Under the pieces are notes generated by a model that ran no database searches, was not told the DNA's origin, and saw only the letters and a program-made list of their open reading frames with translations. From NCBI GenBank assembly GCA_903822075.1, contig CAIJNK010000004.1:12661-76660 (forward strand): a stretch of 64,000 nt of DNA, given 5' to 3'. Source of the DNA: an uncultured bacterium (GTDB lineage: Bacteria > Patescibacteriota > Minisyncoccia > Phycocordibacterales > GWA1-40-21). Positions 38,397 to 46,960 of this stretch are shown here, one piece after another (the first letter of the stretch is position 1; each line of letters starts with the position of its first letter). Made by a program: the position numbers and the translations under genes.

Positions 38397-39731
38397 CTAT
38401 ATATTTTCTTCTACTTTTATCTTATTTATATTGTCAGGGAAATAACGAGTCCAGACAGGACGGAATAAAACCTTGAGACCCAGAATGGAGTCCTTGTATT
38501 TAGCTGAGAGACTCTTCAGATCTGTCTCCTTTCGACCCAACAGGTCTCTTTTTAAGGCGGTAGAATCATACTGCCATTTTATATCTGCGTCACCGGTAAT
38601 CTTGATATCAAGTGCATCATTTTTCCACAAAACCGGACTCGTTCCTTTCAAGGTAGCAATTAAGTTGTCAGCCGGAATAAACGTGACTGGTAATCCATCA
38701 AAGTTGGCAATTTTTTGTGTGGCCAAGTATTTTGCTAATTTTGAATTATTGAAGACAACTCCATTTAGAATGCCTTCGATATTGATTTGGACCTTATTGG
38801 TTTCCACCGCCGTATCCGGTAAATCAGAGAAATCAAGAGAATAGCCATCCTTAAAAAGAAAATAGTTTTCTGGCTTAATGGCGTAGAGCTCTTTAAGTAA
38901 TTGATCTTTTAACTTACCCTTCAGGGCGTCTTCGGTTGATTTTCTTAGATCATCGGCCACGATTCTTTGTTTACCGATAAAACCCCCAACGATGTCTTCT
39001 TTTAATAAAGCATAAAAACCAACATAACGTAGGTCACCTTTAAAACCGGGAATTTTAAAATCACCTTTAAGATCTGAGACTTTGAGGTTATAATCTTCTC
39101 CCGCTTGGTCAGCAACTACAGTGGCTTCGACACTGCCTGGAATGATCTTACCACTTTCTTTATTTTGACCAGGAATAATTACCGATGTGCTTATCCGATA
39201 CACCTTGCCGTTGGCAGCCTCAAATCTGGTATTATTAATTAATCGCTGCGGAGAAGTACTGTAATTATTATATATAACGATCTTTCCGCTCGCTTTCTGA
39301 CTGACTTGTTTCTCGGCTGTTGCTTCAACTGTTTCTCCCAGATCTTCTTTCACTTTCAAAACCTCAAAAGTGAGGTCTGTAGCGGCCGCTGACTCTAACT
39401 TCGCGGAATAGGCATCATTGTTAAAAGTGATTTTTTCCGTCCGCGGGGTGACAATAACTGTGGCCGAGGAAAAGAGTATCGAAACTCCAAAAAATAGTGC
39501 GAGTAAACAGATGATAGCAATAAGCCAGATTACAAATTTGGGATTTAGAGGTTTTCGGTTACCACCGGCAATTTTATTGACTCGACGAGGCTTAAAGTTT
39601 CCCTTATTCTCCTCAAGGTCAACAATTTCTTTTTTCAAATCTTGGTAATCGGCTTTTTTATCTTTAGATAAGGGAATCTGCCGGATTGAACGCTTGGACG
39701 GAAGCATGTCGTTTATAATTTTTTTAGTCAT
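38397..39731 (-). CDS. hypothetical bitopic membrane protein (444 aa; cytoplasmic N-terminal 60 aa, one TM, large extracytoplasmic domain)
   Basis: TM FVIWLIAIICLLALFFGVSILFS; no motif recognised; located between the FtsA/PilM-like gene and infA. Confidence 0.4.
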   Translation of the reverse strand: MTKKIINDMLPSKRSIRQIPLSKDKKADYQDLKKEIVDLEENKGNFKPRRVNKIAGGNRKPLNPKFVIWLIAIICLLALFFGVSILFSSATVIVTPRTEKITFNNDAYSAKLESAAATDLTFEVLKVKEDLGETVEATAEKQVSQKASGKIVIYNNYSTSPQRLINNTRFEAANGKVYRISTSVIIPGQNKESGKIIPGSVEATVVADQAGEDYNLKVSDLKGDFKIPGFKGDLRYVGFYALLKEDIVGGFIGKQRIVADDLRKSTEDALKGKLKDQLLKELYAIKPENYFLFKDGYSLDFSDLPDTAVETNKVQINIEGILNGVVFNNSKLAKYLATQKIANFDGLPVTFIPADNLIATLKGTSPVLWKNDALDIKITGDADIKWQYDSTALKRDLLGRKETDLKSLSAKYKDSILGLKVLFRPVWTRYFPDNINKIKVEENI

Positions 39732-39737
39732 ATTTAT

Positions 39738-40928
39738 TTATATTTTATAAAGTTTATCCAAAAACATTAATCCTAATTTATAAACGGTATCGGCAATGTC
39801 AGATGACGACTTTATCTTTTTATTTTCAATAATCAACACTTTAAAATCCCGTTTTTCGAGCTTATCTTTTAAGAACGGAATCAAATCGCTATTGGCAATC
39901 AAAAAAATACATTCCGGCACATAGATTTTATCCTTAAGACTGTCTAGAACCTCAAAAATCTTGCTTAACCAGTTTCGAGCAGCACTGTCCATCGCCATGG
40001 CCAATCTCATGGCCGCTAATTGGTCATTACTTTTTGCGGTCTGCATGCTAATCATAGAATCGGCAATTTCTGGAGTGACTTTTAACTCCTTTGATAATTC
40101 GCGTATGAAATCGTTACGGCCCAAAGGGATGGAAGCGGCACTAATCATGACGTTATCCTTAATAATGGAAATATCGGTCATTTCCTCACTAATATCAATA
40201 TGGATAAAATCTTTTTTTTGCGGAAATAGATCCTGAATAATCGAGAAAGTTGATAAAGACAAAGAGTGACACCAAACGTTTTTAACATTGAAAGTTTTAG
40301 AAACGGCTGAATCGATAGTAAGGAGAATATCTTCGGGCACGACACTGAAGAAGACAGAAAGTTCTAAATCCTTTGCTTGCTTACCATAAAAATTATCCAC
40401 AGCATAACCATTTACTTTTACTTGAATTATCTTTTGTTCAATAATTTTTCCAACTTTGGATATACCCGCTTGAAATTGTTTTTCTTGCTCCTTTATCAAC
40501 TTACTCAAATAGCTTTCGGTAATTTTAATCGGTTTCTGATCTTTTATTCGGATCGTTTTAGTCTGAGAAACGCTCCAAGGGGAAGAAAAAACATAAAAAA
40601 CGCGATCGATTCTTATCTTTCGACCCGTACTAGCCTCAATTTTTTTTAACCCCTCAGCTTGAATCCTGGCGGCCAAGGTCGTCAAGGAAGATTTCAGCAA
40701 TTCCAGATGTTTTGGGACAGAAATTTCATCCTGAAAAGGAATTATTTCTTTGCTGTAATATGTAACATCCTCACCCTCTTTTTCTGAAAAATTGATTATT
40801 CCGCCCGCCACGCTTCCGCTGCTAATATTAAAAACCAAAGAATAGCTACCTTTATTTCTTTTTCCAAAAGAAAAGAACGACATGCTTACATTATAATACA
40901 CATCATTTGTAACCGCAAATTTTGGCAT
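39738..40928 (-). CDS. divergent actin-fold ATPase of the FtsA/PilM type
   Basis: SLVFNISSGSVAGGII (phosphate-1-like), DISEEMTDISIIKD, IPLGRNDFIREL resembling FtsA/PilM motifs; start moved to MPKFAVT because the upstream 22 codons run through a terminator hairpin. Confidence 0.35.
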   Translation of the reverse strand: MPKFAVTNDVYYNVSMSFFSFGKRNKGSYSLVFNISSGSVAGGIINFSEKEGEDVTYYSKEIIPFQDEISVPKHLELLKSSLTTLAARIQAEGLKKIEASTGRKIRIDRVFYVFSSPWSVSQTKTIRIKDQKPIKITESYLSKLIKEQEKQFQAGISKVGKIIEQKIIQVKVNGYAVDNFYGKQAKDLELSVFFSVVPEDILLTIDSAVSKTFNVKNVWCHSLSLSTFSIIQDLFPQKKDFIHIDISEEMTDISIIKDNVMISAASIPLGRNDFIRELSKELKVTPEIADSMISMQTAKSNDQLAAMRLAMAMDSAARNWLSKIFEVLDSLKDKIYVPECIFLIANSDLIPFLKDKLEKRDFKVLIIENKKIKSSSDIADTVYKLGLMFLDKLYKI

Positions 40929-40966
40929 GAAAAAACCCGGCACCGTCTTGTTAGACTGCGTGCCGG
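40929..40966 (-). terminator. rho-independent terminator/attenuator; its U-tract abuts the start codon of the FtsA/PilM-like gene
   Basis: ccggcacgcagtctaacaagacggtgccgg (10 bp stem), then guuuuuuc-AUG. Confidence 0.65.
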
Positions 40967-41159
40967 ATTTGTTAACGATTACGCCACCAACCATTATTCG
41001 GTGGGAGTGAACGGCAAGTTAAGTACGGTGGCTACCTTCCGCCCAAGTGTGTTTGCCTCACCTTTTGGCGTGCACCCGTTGAAGCCGTTTAGAAAGTTGG
41101 CAACGAATACCGAACCTCCGATAGTAATCTCTACCCGATAGTTATTTGGCGGATTAGGA
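40967..41159 (-). other. unassigned structured, GC-richer non-coding region between the alaS stop and the terminator (candidate sRNA, 3'UTR element or riboswitch-like leader)
   Basis: About 190 nt without a credible ORF; several internal complementarities (uccgcc/ggcgga; ctatcgg repeated); bounded by a strong terminator. Confidence 0.3.
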
Positions 41160-43070
41160 TCACCTCGATCTGCATAATACGCAAGTCAATACAGCCTTGA
41201 TACGTCTGACTCCAGCCGAAACCGCTTCTTCTTTGACAATTTTAAAGTGACCAAGCTCGGAAGTATTGGAAACATGTGGACCGCCGCAGAACTCGGCGCT
41301 GAAATCATCGATTTTGTAGACTTTGACGACATCGCCATACTTGGACAAATCAAAAGACAGGGTGGTGACGATTTTCTTGGCCTCCTCTTTCGGCAATTCC
41401 ATCATTTGCACTGGAATTTTTTCGGCGATTTTTTCATTAACCAGATCTTCCACTTTTTTAATCTGCTCCGGCATTAATTTCTCCGGCCAATTGAAATCAA
41501 ACCGCATTCTTTCCACGGTGATATTGCTTCCCTTCTGGACAATTTCCCCACCCAATACTTTTCGTAACGCACTCAACAGTAAGTGAGTGGCTGTATGATA
41601 TTTGGTCTCAATTTCTCCTGTTCCAGCCAACCCACCCTTGAATTTTTGTTCGGATCCAGCTTTGGAAATGGCTTGGTGTTTTATATATGCATTTTTGGCC
41701 TCTTTCATAGTTTGCTCATCAAATGCTAATCCCCATCCAGACATAATCTCTTGTGATATCTCAATCGGAACCCCATACGATTGATAGATATTAAAAATTA
41801 TTTCCCCATTCACCCGGATTACATTTCCAGTAATAACCGTACCTGGCGGTAAATTTTCTGGATCTATACCACCAATAGCTGAGTTAAATATCTTTTTTAA
41901 TGATTGTATACCATCTCGTAGTGTTCTTCTAAACTTTTCATCCTCATTTTTAATCACATCCAAAATCTCATTTTCTTTGACTAAAAGGATTGGATAAGCA
42001 TATGAAAGTTCAGCTATAGCCGCTTTGGCAATGTTTAAAATTTCTTCATTTTTTATGCCTAGCTGATCAATATATCTGATGGCCCGGCGTAAAACCCTAC
42101 GCAAAACATAACCGGCTTCCGTATTTGAAGGCGTAACACCATCAGAAATAATCATCACGGCTGAACGAATATGGTCAGCCACAATTCTCTCTGCTTTTTC
42201 ATCACGCTTAATTGCGAGTCTCTTGATTAAACCTAAAAGAGACTCAAAAATATCCGTCTCAAATACATTTTCCTTACCCTGCATTACCACCGTAGTGCGT
42301 TCCAAACCCATGCCTGTGTCTACGTTTGGTTTGGCTAGCATTTCATACTTACCATCGGCGGTCTTATTAAATTCCATGAACACGTTATTCCACACTTCAA
42401 TCAATCGGCCTGACTTCACCAAATCTGCAAATTTGCCTTCCAACTTTCCACCTTTTTCTTCACCTAGGACATCGTAAAACATTTCTGTATCTCCTCCACA
42501 CGGGCCAGTAGCGCCGGCAATCCAAAAATTGTCATCTTTGCCCAACGGCAGGATTCTAATTTCACCTTTAATGTATTCGTCGTCACCAGAAACTTCCGCC
42601 TCAATGCCATGCTTGGCAAAATTTTCTTTCCAAATCCTTATTGAATCATTATCTCGCGGAATTCCATCCTCACCCTTGAACACGGTCATGTAAAACCTAC
42701 TGGGATCCAAACCTAGCCCTTCTTCTTTACTTGTCAGGAATTCAAGACTCCAAGCTATAGACTCCTCTTTGAAATAATCTCCAAGTGACCAATTACCCAT
42801 CATTTCAAAAAATGTGCAGTGGCGATTGTCACCCACATCATCAATATCCCCGGTTCGAACGCATTTCTGCACATCTACCAATCTCGTACCAGCCGGATGC
42901 TTGGCACCAAGCAAATATGGCACCAATGGCTGCATGCCAGCCGTGGTAAAAAGAGTACCTTTGTCCGGAATATCATAATTGGCCGGCAACAAAGAAGCTG
43001 AAGGTATTACTTTATGCCCTCTTTTTTCAAAAAATTTCAAATACCGTTCGCGGATTTCTTGGCTTTTCAT
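41160..43070 (-). CDS. alaS: alanyl-tRNA synthetase, short form (catalytic, tRNA-recognition and editing domains; no C-Ala domain)
   Basis: FFEMMGNWSLGDYFK class II motif; editing-domain HTATHLL and CGGPHV; ends about 40 aa after GVRRIKAV; start at MKSQEIRERYLKFF. Confidence 0.85.
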   Translation of the reverse strand: MKSQEIRERYLKFFEKRGHKVIPSASLLPANYDIPDKGTLFTTAGMQPLVPYLLGAKHPAGTRLVDVQKCVRTGDIDDVGDNRHCTFFEMMGNWSLGDYFKEESIAWSLEFLTSKEEGLGLDPSRFYMTVFKGEDGIPRDNDSIRIWKENFAKHGIEAEVSGDDEYIKGEIRILPLGKDDNFWIAGATGPCGGDTEMFYDVLGEEKGGKLEGKFADLVKSGRLIEVWNNVFMEFNKTADGKYEMLAKPNVDTGMGLERTTVVMQGKENVFETDIFESLLGLIKRLAIKRDEKAERIVADHIRSAVMIISDGVTPSNTEAGYVLRRVLRRAIRYIDQLGIKNEEILNIAKAAIAELSYAYPILLVKENEILDVIKNEDEKFRRTLRDGIQSLKKIFNSAIGGIDPENLPPGTVITGNVIRVNGEIIFNIYQSYGVPIEISQEIMSGWGLAFDEQTMKEAKNAYIKHQAISKAGSEQKFKGGLAGTGEIETKYHTATHLLLSALRKVLGGEIVQKGSNITVERMRFDFNWPEKLMPEQIKKVEDLVNEKIAEKIPVQMMELPKEEAKKIVTTLSFDLSKYGDVVKVYKIDDFSAEFCGGPHVSNTSELGHFKIVKEEAVSAGVRRIKAVLTCVLCRSR

Positions 43071-43163
43071 AGGGTAAAATATAACACAAAGCCGGTTTTT
43101 CGCAAAGAAAAACCGGCGGGATTGCTCCACGCCGGTTAATTTACCTTCTTTTTCAACAAGATC

Positions 43164-43475
43164 TCATATCCCGCATTTTTTCCACTCAATTTCACGTGTG
43201 GGAAGTAGCCAGTGGCAATTCATCACAACCACGGGGTATTGACCTGTAAGTAATTTTGGCTGCTGAATTATCCCCGCTTCAATAAGTTCAAGCGCGAGCC
43301 GGGCGCATTTATTCCCGTATTCTCCCCAATACTTACCATGGCAGACGTCAATCAACATCAGCCAGGCCATAGGTGTTTTGCAGGCAGTCGCGGTATAAAT
43401 GATCTCCACGTCCGCCAGTCTCACATAGCCCTTGGCAAGATCCATAATACACGTTGAGAACCTGAGTCCGATCAT
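43164..43475 (-). CDS. hypothetical protein (103 aa)
   Basis: SD GGAGGT 4 nt upstream of the ATG; no motif recognised. Confidence 0.4.
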   Translation of the reverse strand: MIGLRFSTCIMDLAKGYVRLADVEIIYTATACKTPMAWLMLIDVCHGKYWGEYGNKCARLALELIEAGIIQQPKLLTGQYPVVVMNCHWLLPTREIEWKKCGI

Positions 43476-43548
43476 TCTTACCTCCGCATGTTGTTTATTG
43501 TTGAAATTTTCGAAAGAACATATTTTTGCATGTCTTACTAAAACAAAA

Positions 43549-43580
43549 CGAGCCCTCGTATTTGAGGACTCGTTTTTTTG
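43549..43580. terminator. bidirectional rho-independent terminator downstream of the two-nuclease operon
   Basis: cgagccctcg-tattt-gaggactcg then ttttttt; also terminator-like on the minus strand. Confidence 0.6.
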
Positions 43581-43733
43581 ATTAATTTTGTTTTAGTATT
43601 TTTAATCAGAAAAACCAACCCTCAAAACTGAAGGGCTAAAAAAGAAGAAATATGCGGTTTTCAGACTGATTAAGGCCATATAGATAGTATATATAAGTAA
43701 ATAATATGAGCAAGGCTACTCTGTGGATAACTG

Positions 43734-44549
43734 CTAACCAAATAAAGTATCTTTTTCGTCTGCTGATTTCTTAATCTTTTCCTGTTTCACCAAAGCTTGG
43801 AGACATTCCCCGGCGGCCTTACGATAATTGCAATAATCACAATCTGAATTCGGTATAGGTGCATTTGGTAAATCTAAACATTTTTTCATCTCAAAAATTG
43901 TCTTCTCAATCCAGTCAGTTTTACCGGTATAAGAGATGATAGTAATGTCGAAATCAAGCTTGCCGTCAAAAGCCTCTCGATCCGTCTTGCCATTTACATA
44001 AACAAAGTAACCGGTATTCGAGACTTTATAACCATTTTGCTTAAAAAGCCACTGATATATTTCCATCTGTCTTTTGTATTGAATTTTCCATTCATCATCA
44101 AGCGTGATTTCTTCCTCCTTACTGGTTGCTTTATAATCAACAACAATAAGTTCACCTTTGGAATTTATCCAAATATCATCAACCCCTCCGCGAAGTATAA
44201 TATTTGTCGGTTTATGCAAAAATGAAATACCGCGTTTTAAGGCATCACGCCATTCTTCCATTTTAGGATCGTCATAGGGCACAGCCTCGATACCGTATGT
44301 TTTCATTAGCGGATGTGCAGTATGCCGAGCCCGATGAATATCAAACTCTTTCTTCATCAAAAAGTCTACCGCGTTATTCAGGGTCAGCGGAAAAGAAGCC
44401 GGTCGGCCGACTCCGCATTTCTGATCCAAATAAAAACAACGCTCACAGTTCAAAAATAAATCCAACTTTGATCTGGATAAGCGGTGTGGGTCCTTGGAAT
44501 TAGAATCATACAAACCTCGCGTCCTTTTGGCTTTATAATATTGACTCAT
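43734..44549 (-). CDS. Cas4-family PD-(D/E)xK nuclease with 4-Cys Fe-S cluster (standalone; no CRISPR array in window)
   Basis: N-terminal Cys (LFLNCERCFYLD); motif II GGVDDIW, motif III ELIVVDYKATS, QxxxY (QYKRQMEIYQW); C-terminal CDYCNYRKAAGEC. Confidence 0.75.
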   Translation of the reverse strand: MSQYYKAKRTRGLYDSNSKDPHRLSRSKLDLFLNCERCFYLDQKCGVGRPASFPLTLNNAVDFLMKKEFDIHRARHTAHPLMKTYGIEAVPYDDPKMEEWRDALKRGISFLHKPTNIILRGGVDDIWINSKGELIVVDYKATSKEEEITLDDEWKIQYKRQMEIYQWLFKQNGYKVSNTGYFVYVNGKTDREAFDGKLDFDITIISYTGKTDWIEKTIFEMKKCLDLPNAPIPNSDCDYCNYRKAAGECLQALVKQEKIKKSADEKDTLFG

Positions 44550-45462
44550 TGTTTTCTGGCTTTATGTTAAGAGAGGTCTCGGCTTTTTTATTAATTTGGG
44601 CTAGTTCGTCAGGACCAACACATTCCTTGCATAAGTCGTAAACTTCCTTAATGACAGACTGGGCTTTCAAATCATCAAAACCATAACTTTTAAGTAGACC
44701 AAAATCCCCCAACTGCTTGGATAAGACAATGTCGTTAGCCAAAAACATTTTCTTCTCGCTCTGATTCAAAGTGGTCAACACCGTCAAAGGTACCAAGTTC
44801 AGTCCTTCAATCAAGTGATGCAGGTTCTTGTCATGCGGATAATTCCAGCCCACCATGTTCAGATGCACACATTCGCCATACTGAATGGCGGTGGAAGAAA
44901 AATTCGTATTGGTTATCAGCATGCCTCTGGTCAGCTTCCTCTCTTTTCCCCCGAATTTAAAAACGGTATTCTGCAAATCCTCAAACCGGGCCTTGATATA
45001 AAGTGCCACCTTCAGATCAGAGTGTGCGCCAAAATCCGTGTGAAATTTGGCTTCGGTCATGATGAGTTCCTTATCATTAAAAGCCACCACATCTATCTCA
45101 TGCGGAACGCAGGTGCCAAGCACAATCTGATCTGTGAACGTCTGATAGCCCTGTGCCTTGAATATCTCCGCCACAAATTTTTCAAAAGGAAAACCGGACG
45201 GTCCAAGCTCGGCAATCGCCCGTTTCAGGGAATAGCGCAAAGCCACTGGCCGCTGATGTTTACGAAGTAGGGTAAAAGCCTGTCGGTAAATTTCTTTGGT
45301 GGTATGTCCTTCTTCGGTCAAATCACTCTCGATTTTTTGAACAATCATGTCTGCTGTCTCCTTATCTGTGCCGATTTTCCGCAAAGAACGCAAAAGCTTC
45401 TCCCTATCAAAAAGTTCCCTTGTCCCGTCGGCTTTGATTATGTAGATTCCTTTTGGTGGCAT
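44533..45462 (-). CDS. ATP-cone domain fused to Mrr-like (PD-(D/E)xK) restriction-endonuclease domain plus uncharacterised C-terminal region
   Basis: ATP-cone: IYIIKADGTRELFDREKLLRSLRKIG…IVQKIESDL. Mrr_cat-like: FEKFVAEIFKAQGYQTF…EIDVVAF…EAKFH. The 17 nt overlap with the Cas4-like gene implies translational coupling; start at MPPKG. Confidence 0.6.
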   Translation of the reverse strand: MPPKGIYIIKADGTRELFDREKLLRSLRKIGTDKETADMIVQKIESDLTEEGHTTKEIYRQAFTLLRKHQRPVALRYSLKRAIAELGPSGFPFEKFVAEIFKAQGYQTFTDQIVLGTCVPHEIDVVAFNDKELIMTEAKFHTDFGAHSDLKVALYIKARFEDLQNTVFKFGGKERKLTRGMLITNTNFSSTAIQYGECVHLNMVGWNYPHDKNLHHLIEGLNLVPLTVLTTLNQSEKKMFLANDIVLSKQLGDFGLLKSYGFDDLKAQSVIKEVYDLCKECVGPDELAQINKKAETSLNIKPENNESIL

Positions 45463-45480
45463 TAGGAGATTATAACATAA
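45463..45480 (-). promoter_or_regulatory. extended -10 (TGTTATAAT) 6 nt upstream of the ATP-cone/Mrr gene ATG; putative leaderless promoter
   Basis: Minus strand reads ttATGTTATAATctccta-ATG, embedded in the 3' end of mnmA. Confidence 0.45.
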
Positions 45481-46627
45481 TCCCCCCGCCCAAGCATATA
45501 TCACCGTCATAAATGACCACTGATTGACCAGCAGCGGGTGATTTTTGCGCGTTTTTGAAGATTATTTGATATTTGTTACCATTCAGTAACATAATTCCGC
45601 AATCTGAGAGTTCACCGCGATAGCGAATCCGCGCGGAATATTCTTTCTTAAAATCTGGTGGAGTACCTAATGTCCAACTTACATCGCGGAGGATAAATTC
45701 TTTCAAATTTTGGTTTTCATTTTTTACTATATTTTCGGAAACAGTAATAGTGTTCTTTCTAATGCTTTTTGAGATCACAAACTTTTTATTATCATCCGGT
45801 GAACTCTGAGTAATATTGAAGCCATGACGCTGGCCAATAGTGTAGAGTTCGGCGCCGTCATGTCGGCCAATGATTTCACCTTGCTCGTTCAGGACGTTTC
45901 CGGGAACAGTCTTTATAAAGTGTTTCAAAAAATCCGCCATTTCCACCTTACCAATAAAGCACAAACCTTGGCTGTCTTTCTTTACGGCTGTATTCAAACC
46001 AAATTTCTTGGCCAATTTTCGCACCTCCGGTTTTTCCAGATCTCCCACCGGAAACAAAGTTTTTGACAGTTGCTTTTGCGTCAATGTCCACAAAAAATAA
46101 CTTTGGTCTTTATTTTTATCTCGGCCGGCAAGAAGGACGACAGGACTTTGGGAAAAATTTGTCGCGTAGGACCCACCTCGTCCTCGAGGAAGGGTAAAGC
46201 GCGAATTTTTTGCAAAGTCCTGTCGTTCTGATTTCACTTGGGCATAATGCCCGGTCGCCACGTAATCCGCGCCGTTTTTCATCGCCCAATCAAAATAACC
46301 GCCAAACTTCACATATTTATTACACATCACATCCGGATTTGGTGTCCGGCCTGCCATATATTCGGCAATCATGTAATCCACCACTTCTTTCTTATATTCT
46401 TCTTCCAGATCCAAGGTGTAAAACGGAATCTTTAATTTGGCGCAGACCCGCATCGCATCCAGCCTATCCTCCTTCATAGTGCAGCCGCCCCAGAAATCCG
46501 GTTGCCAGACTTTTATGAACACACCACGCACATCAAAACCGGCTTGTTTCAACAGTGCGGCTGACACAGAACTGTCCACGCCGCCGGACATACCCACAAA
46601 AACTTTTTTCTTTTGGCTTTTTTGCAT
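45470..46627 (-). CDS. mnmA: tRNA-specific 2-thiouridylase MnmA
   Basis: PP-loop SGGVDSS; MnmA body including …DQSYFL…; 385 aa. Confidence 0.85.
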   Translation of the reverse strand: MQKSQKKKVFVGMSGGVDSSVSAALLKQAGFDVRGVFIKVWQPDFWGGCTMKEDRLDAMRVCAKLKIPFYTLDLEEEYKKEVVDYMIAEYMAGRTPNPDVMCNKYVKFGGYFDWAMKNGADYVATGHYAQVKSERQDFAKNSRFTLPRGRGGSYATNFSQSPVVLLAGRDKNKDQSYFLWTLTQKQLSKTLFPVGDLEKPEVRKLAKKFGLNTAVKKDSQGLCFIGKVEMADFLKHFIKTVPGNVLNEQGEIIGRHDGAELYTIGQRHGFNITQSSPDDNKKFVISKSIRKNTITVSENIVKNENQNLKEFILRDVSWTLGTPPDFKKEYSARIRYRGELSDCGIMLLNGNKYQIIFKNAQKSPAAGQSVVIYDGDICLGGGIML

Positions 46628-46695
46628 AAAATCGCTTTACTTTTATACCACAAATGCTATGCTTTAGCCAGATACAGGATCTTAAGGAGATAAAA

Positions 46696-46923
46696 GTGGC
46701 AAAAATTTCAAAAGTCGAAACACAGTTAGGCTGTGGCTGCGGAACAAAATTGACGCTGAACACCGACATACCGGAAGGAACTCATTTTGAGCGAATACCG
46801 GAGCTAATCATCGCCGATGGGAAGACGAAGGGCTGGAAAGTAAACCTAAATGGTGCTTTCGATGATTGCGACAGATGTCACCGCGAAAGGCATCGCGGAA
46901 CGTTGCATCAAACAATGCGTTGA
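46696..46923 (+). CDS. small hypothetical protein with Cys pairs (zinc-ribbon-like), 75 aa from a GTG start
   Basis: SD AAGGAG 6 nt before the GTG; CGCG…CDRCH; followed by a terminator. Confidence 0.4.
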   Translation: MAKISKVETQLGCGCGTKLTLNTDIPEGTHFERIPELIIADGKTKGWKVNLNGAFDDCDRCHRERHRGTLHQTMR

Positions 46924-46933
46924 TACACACCCA

Positions 46934-46960
46934 AGCGGACCAATTACGGTCCGCTTTTCA
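46934..46960. terminator. bidirectional rho-independent terminator between the small ORF and mltG
   Basis: aagcggacc-aattac-ggtccgctt followed by tttt. Confidence 0.65.

Noticed and set aside
39738-40994. First 22 codons of the FtsA/PilM-like ORF
   Set aside because: They are encoded by the stem-loop and U-tract of a strong intrinsic terminator, so the start was moved to the Met at 40928.
43164-45510. Calling the nuclease region a CRISPR-Cas locus because of the Cas4-like gene
   Set aside because: No repeat-spacer array and no cas1/cas2 or effector genes anywhere in the window. Standalone Cas4-family nucleases are common outside CRISPR loci.
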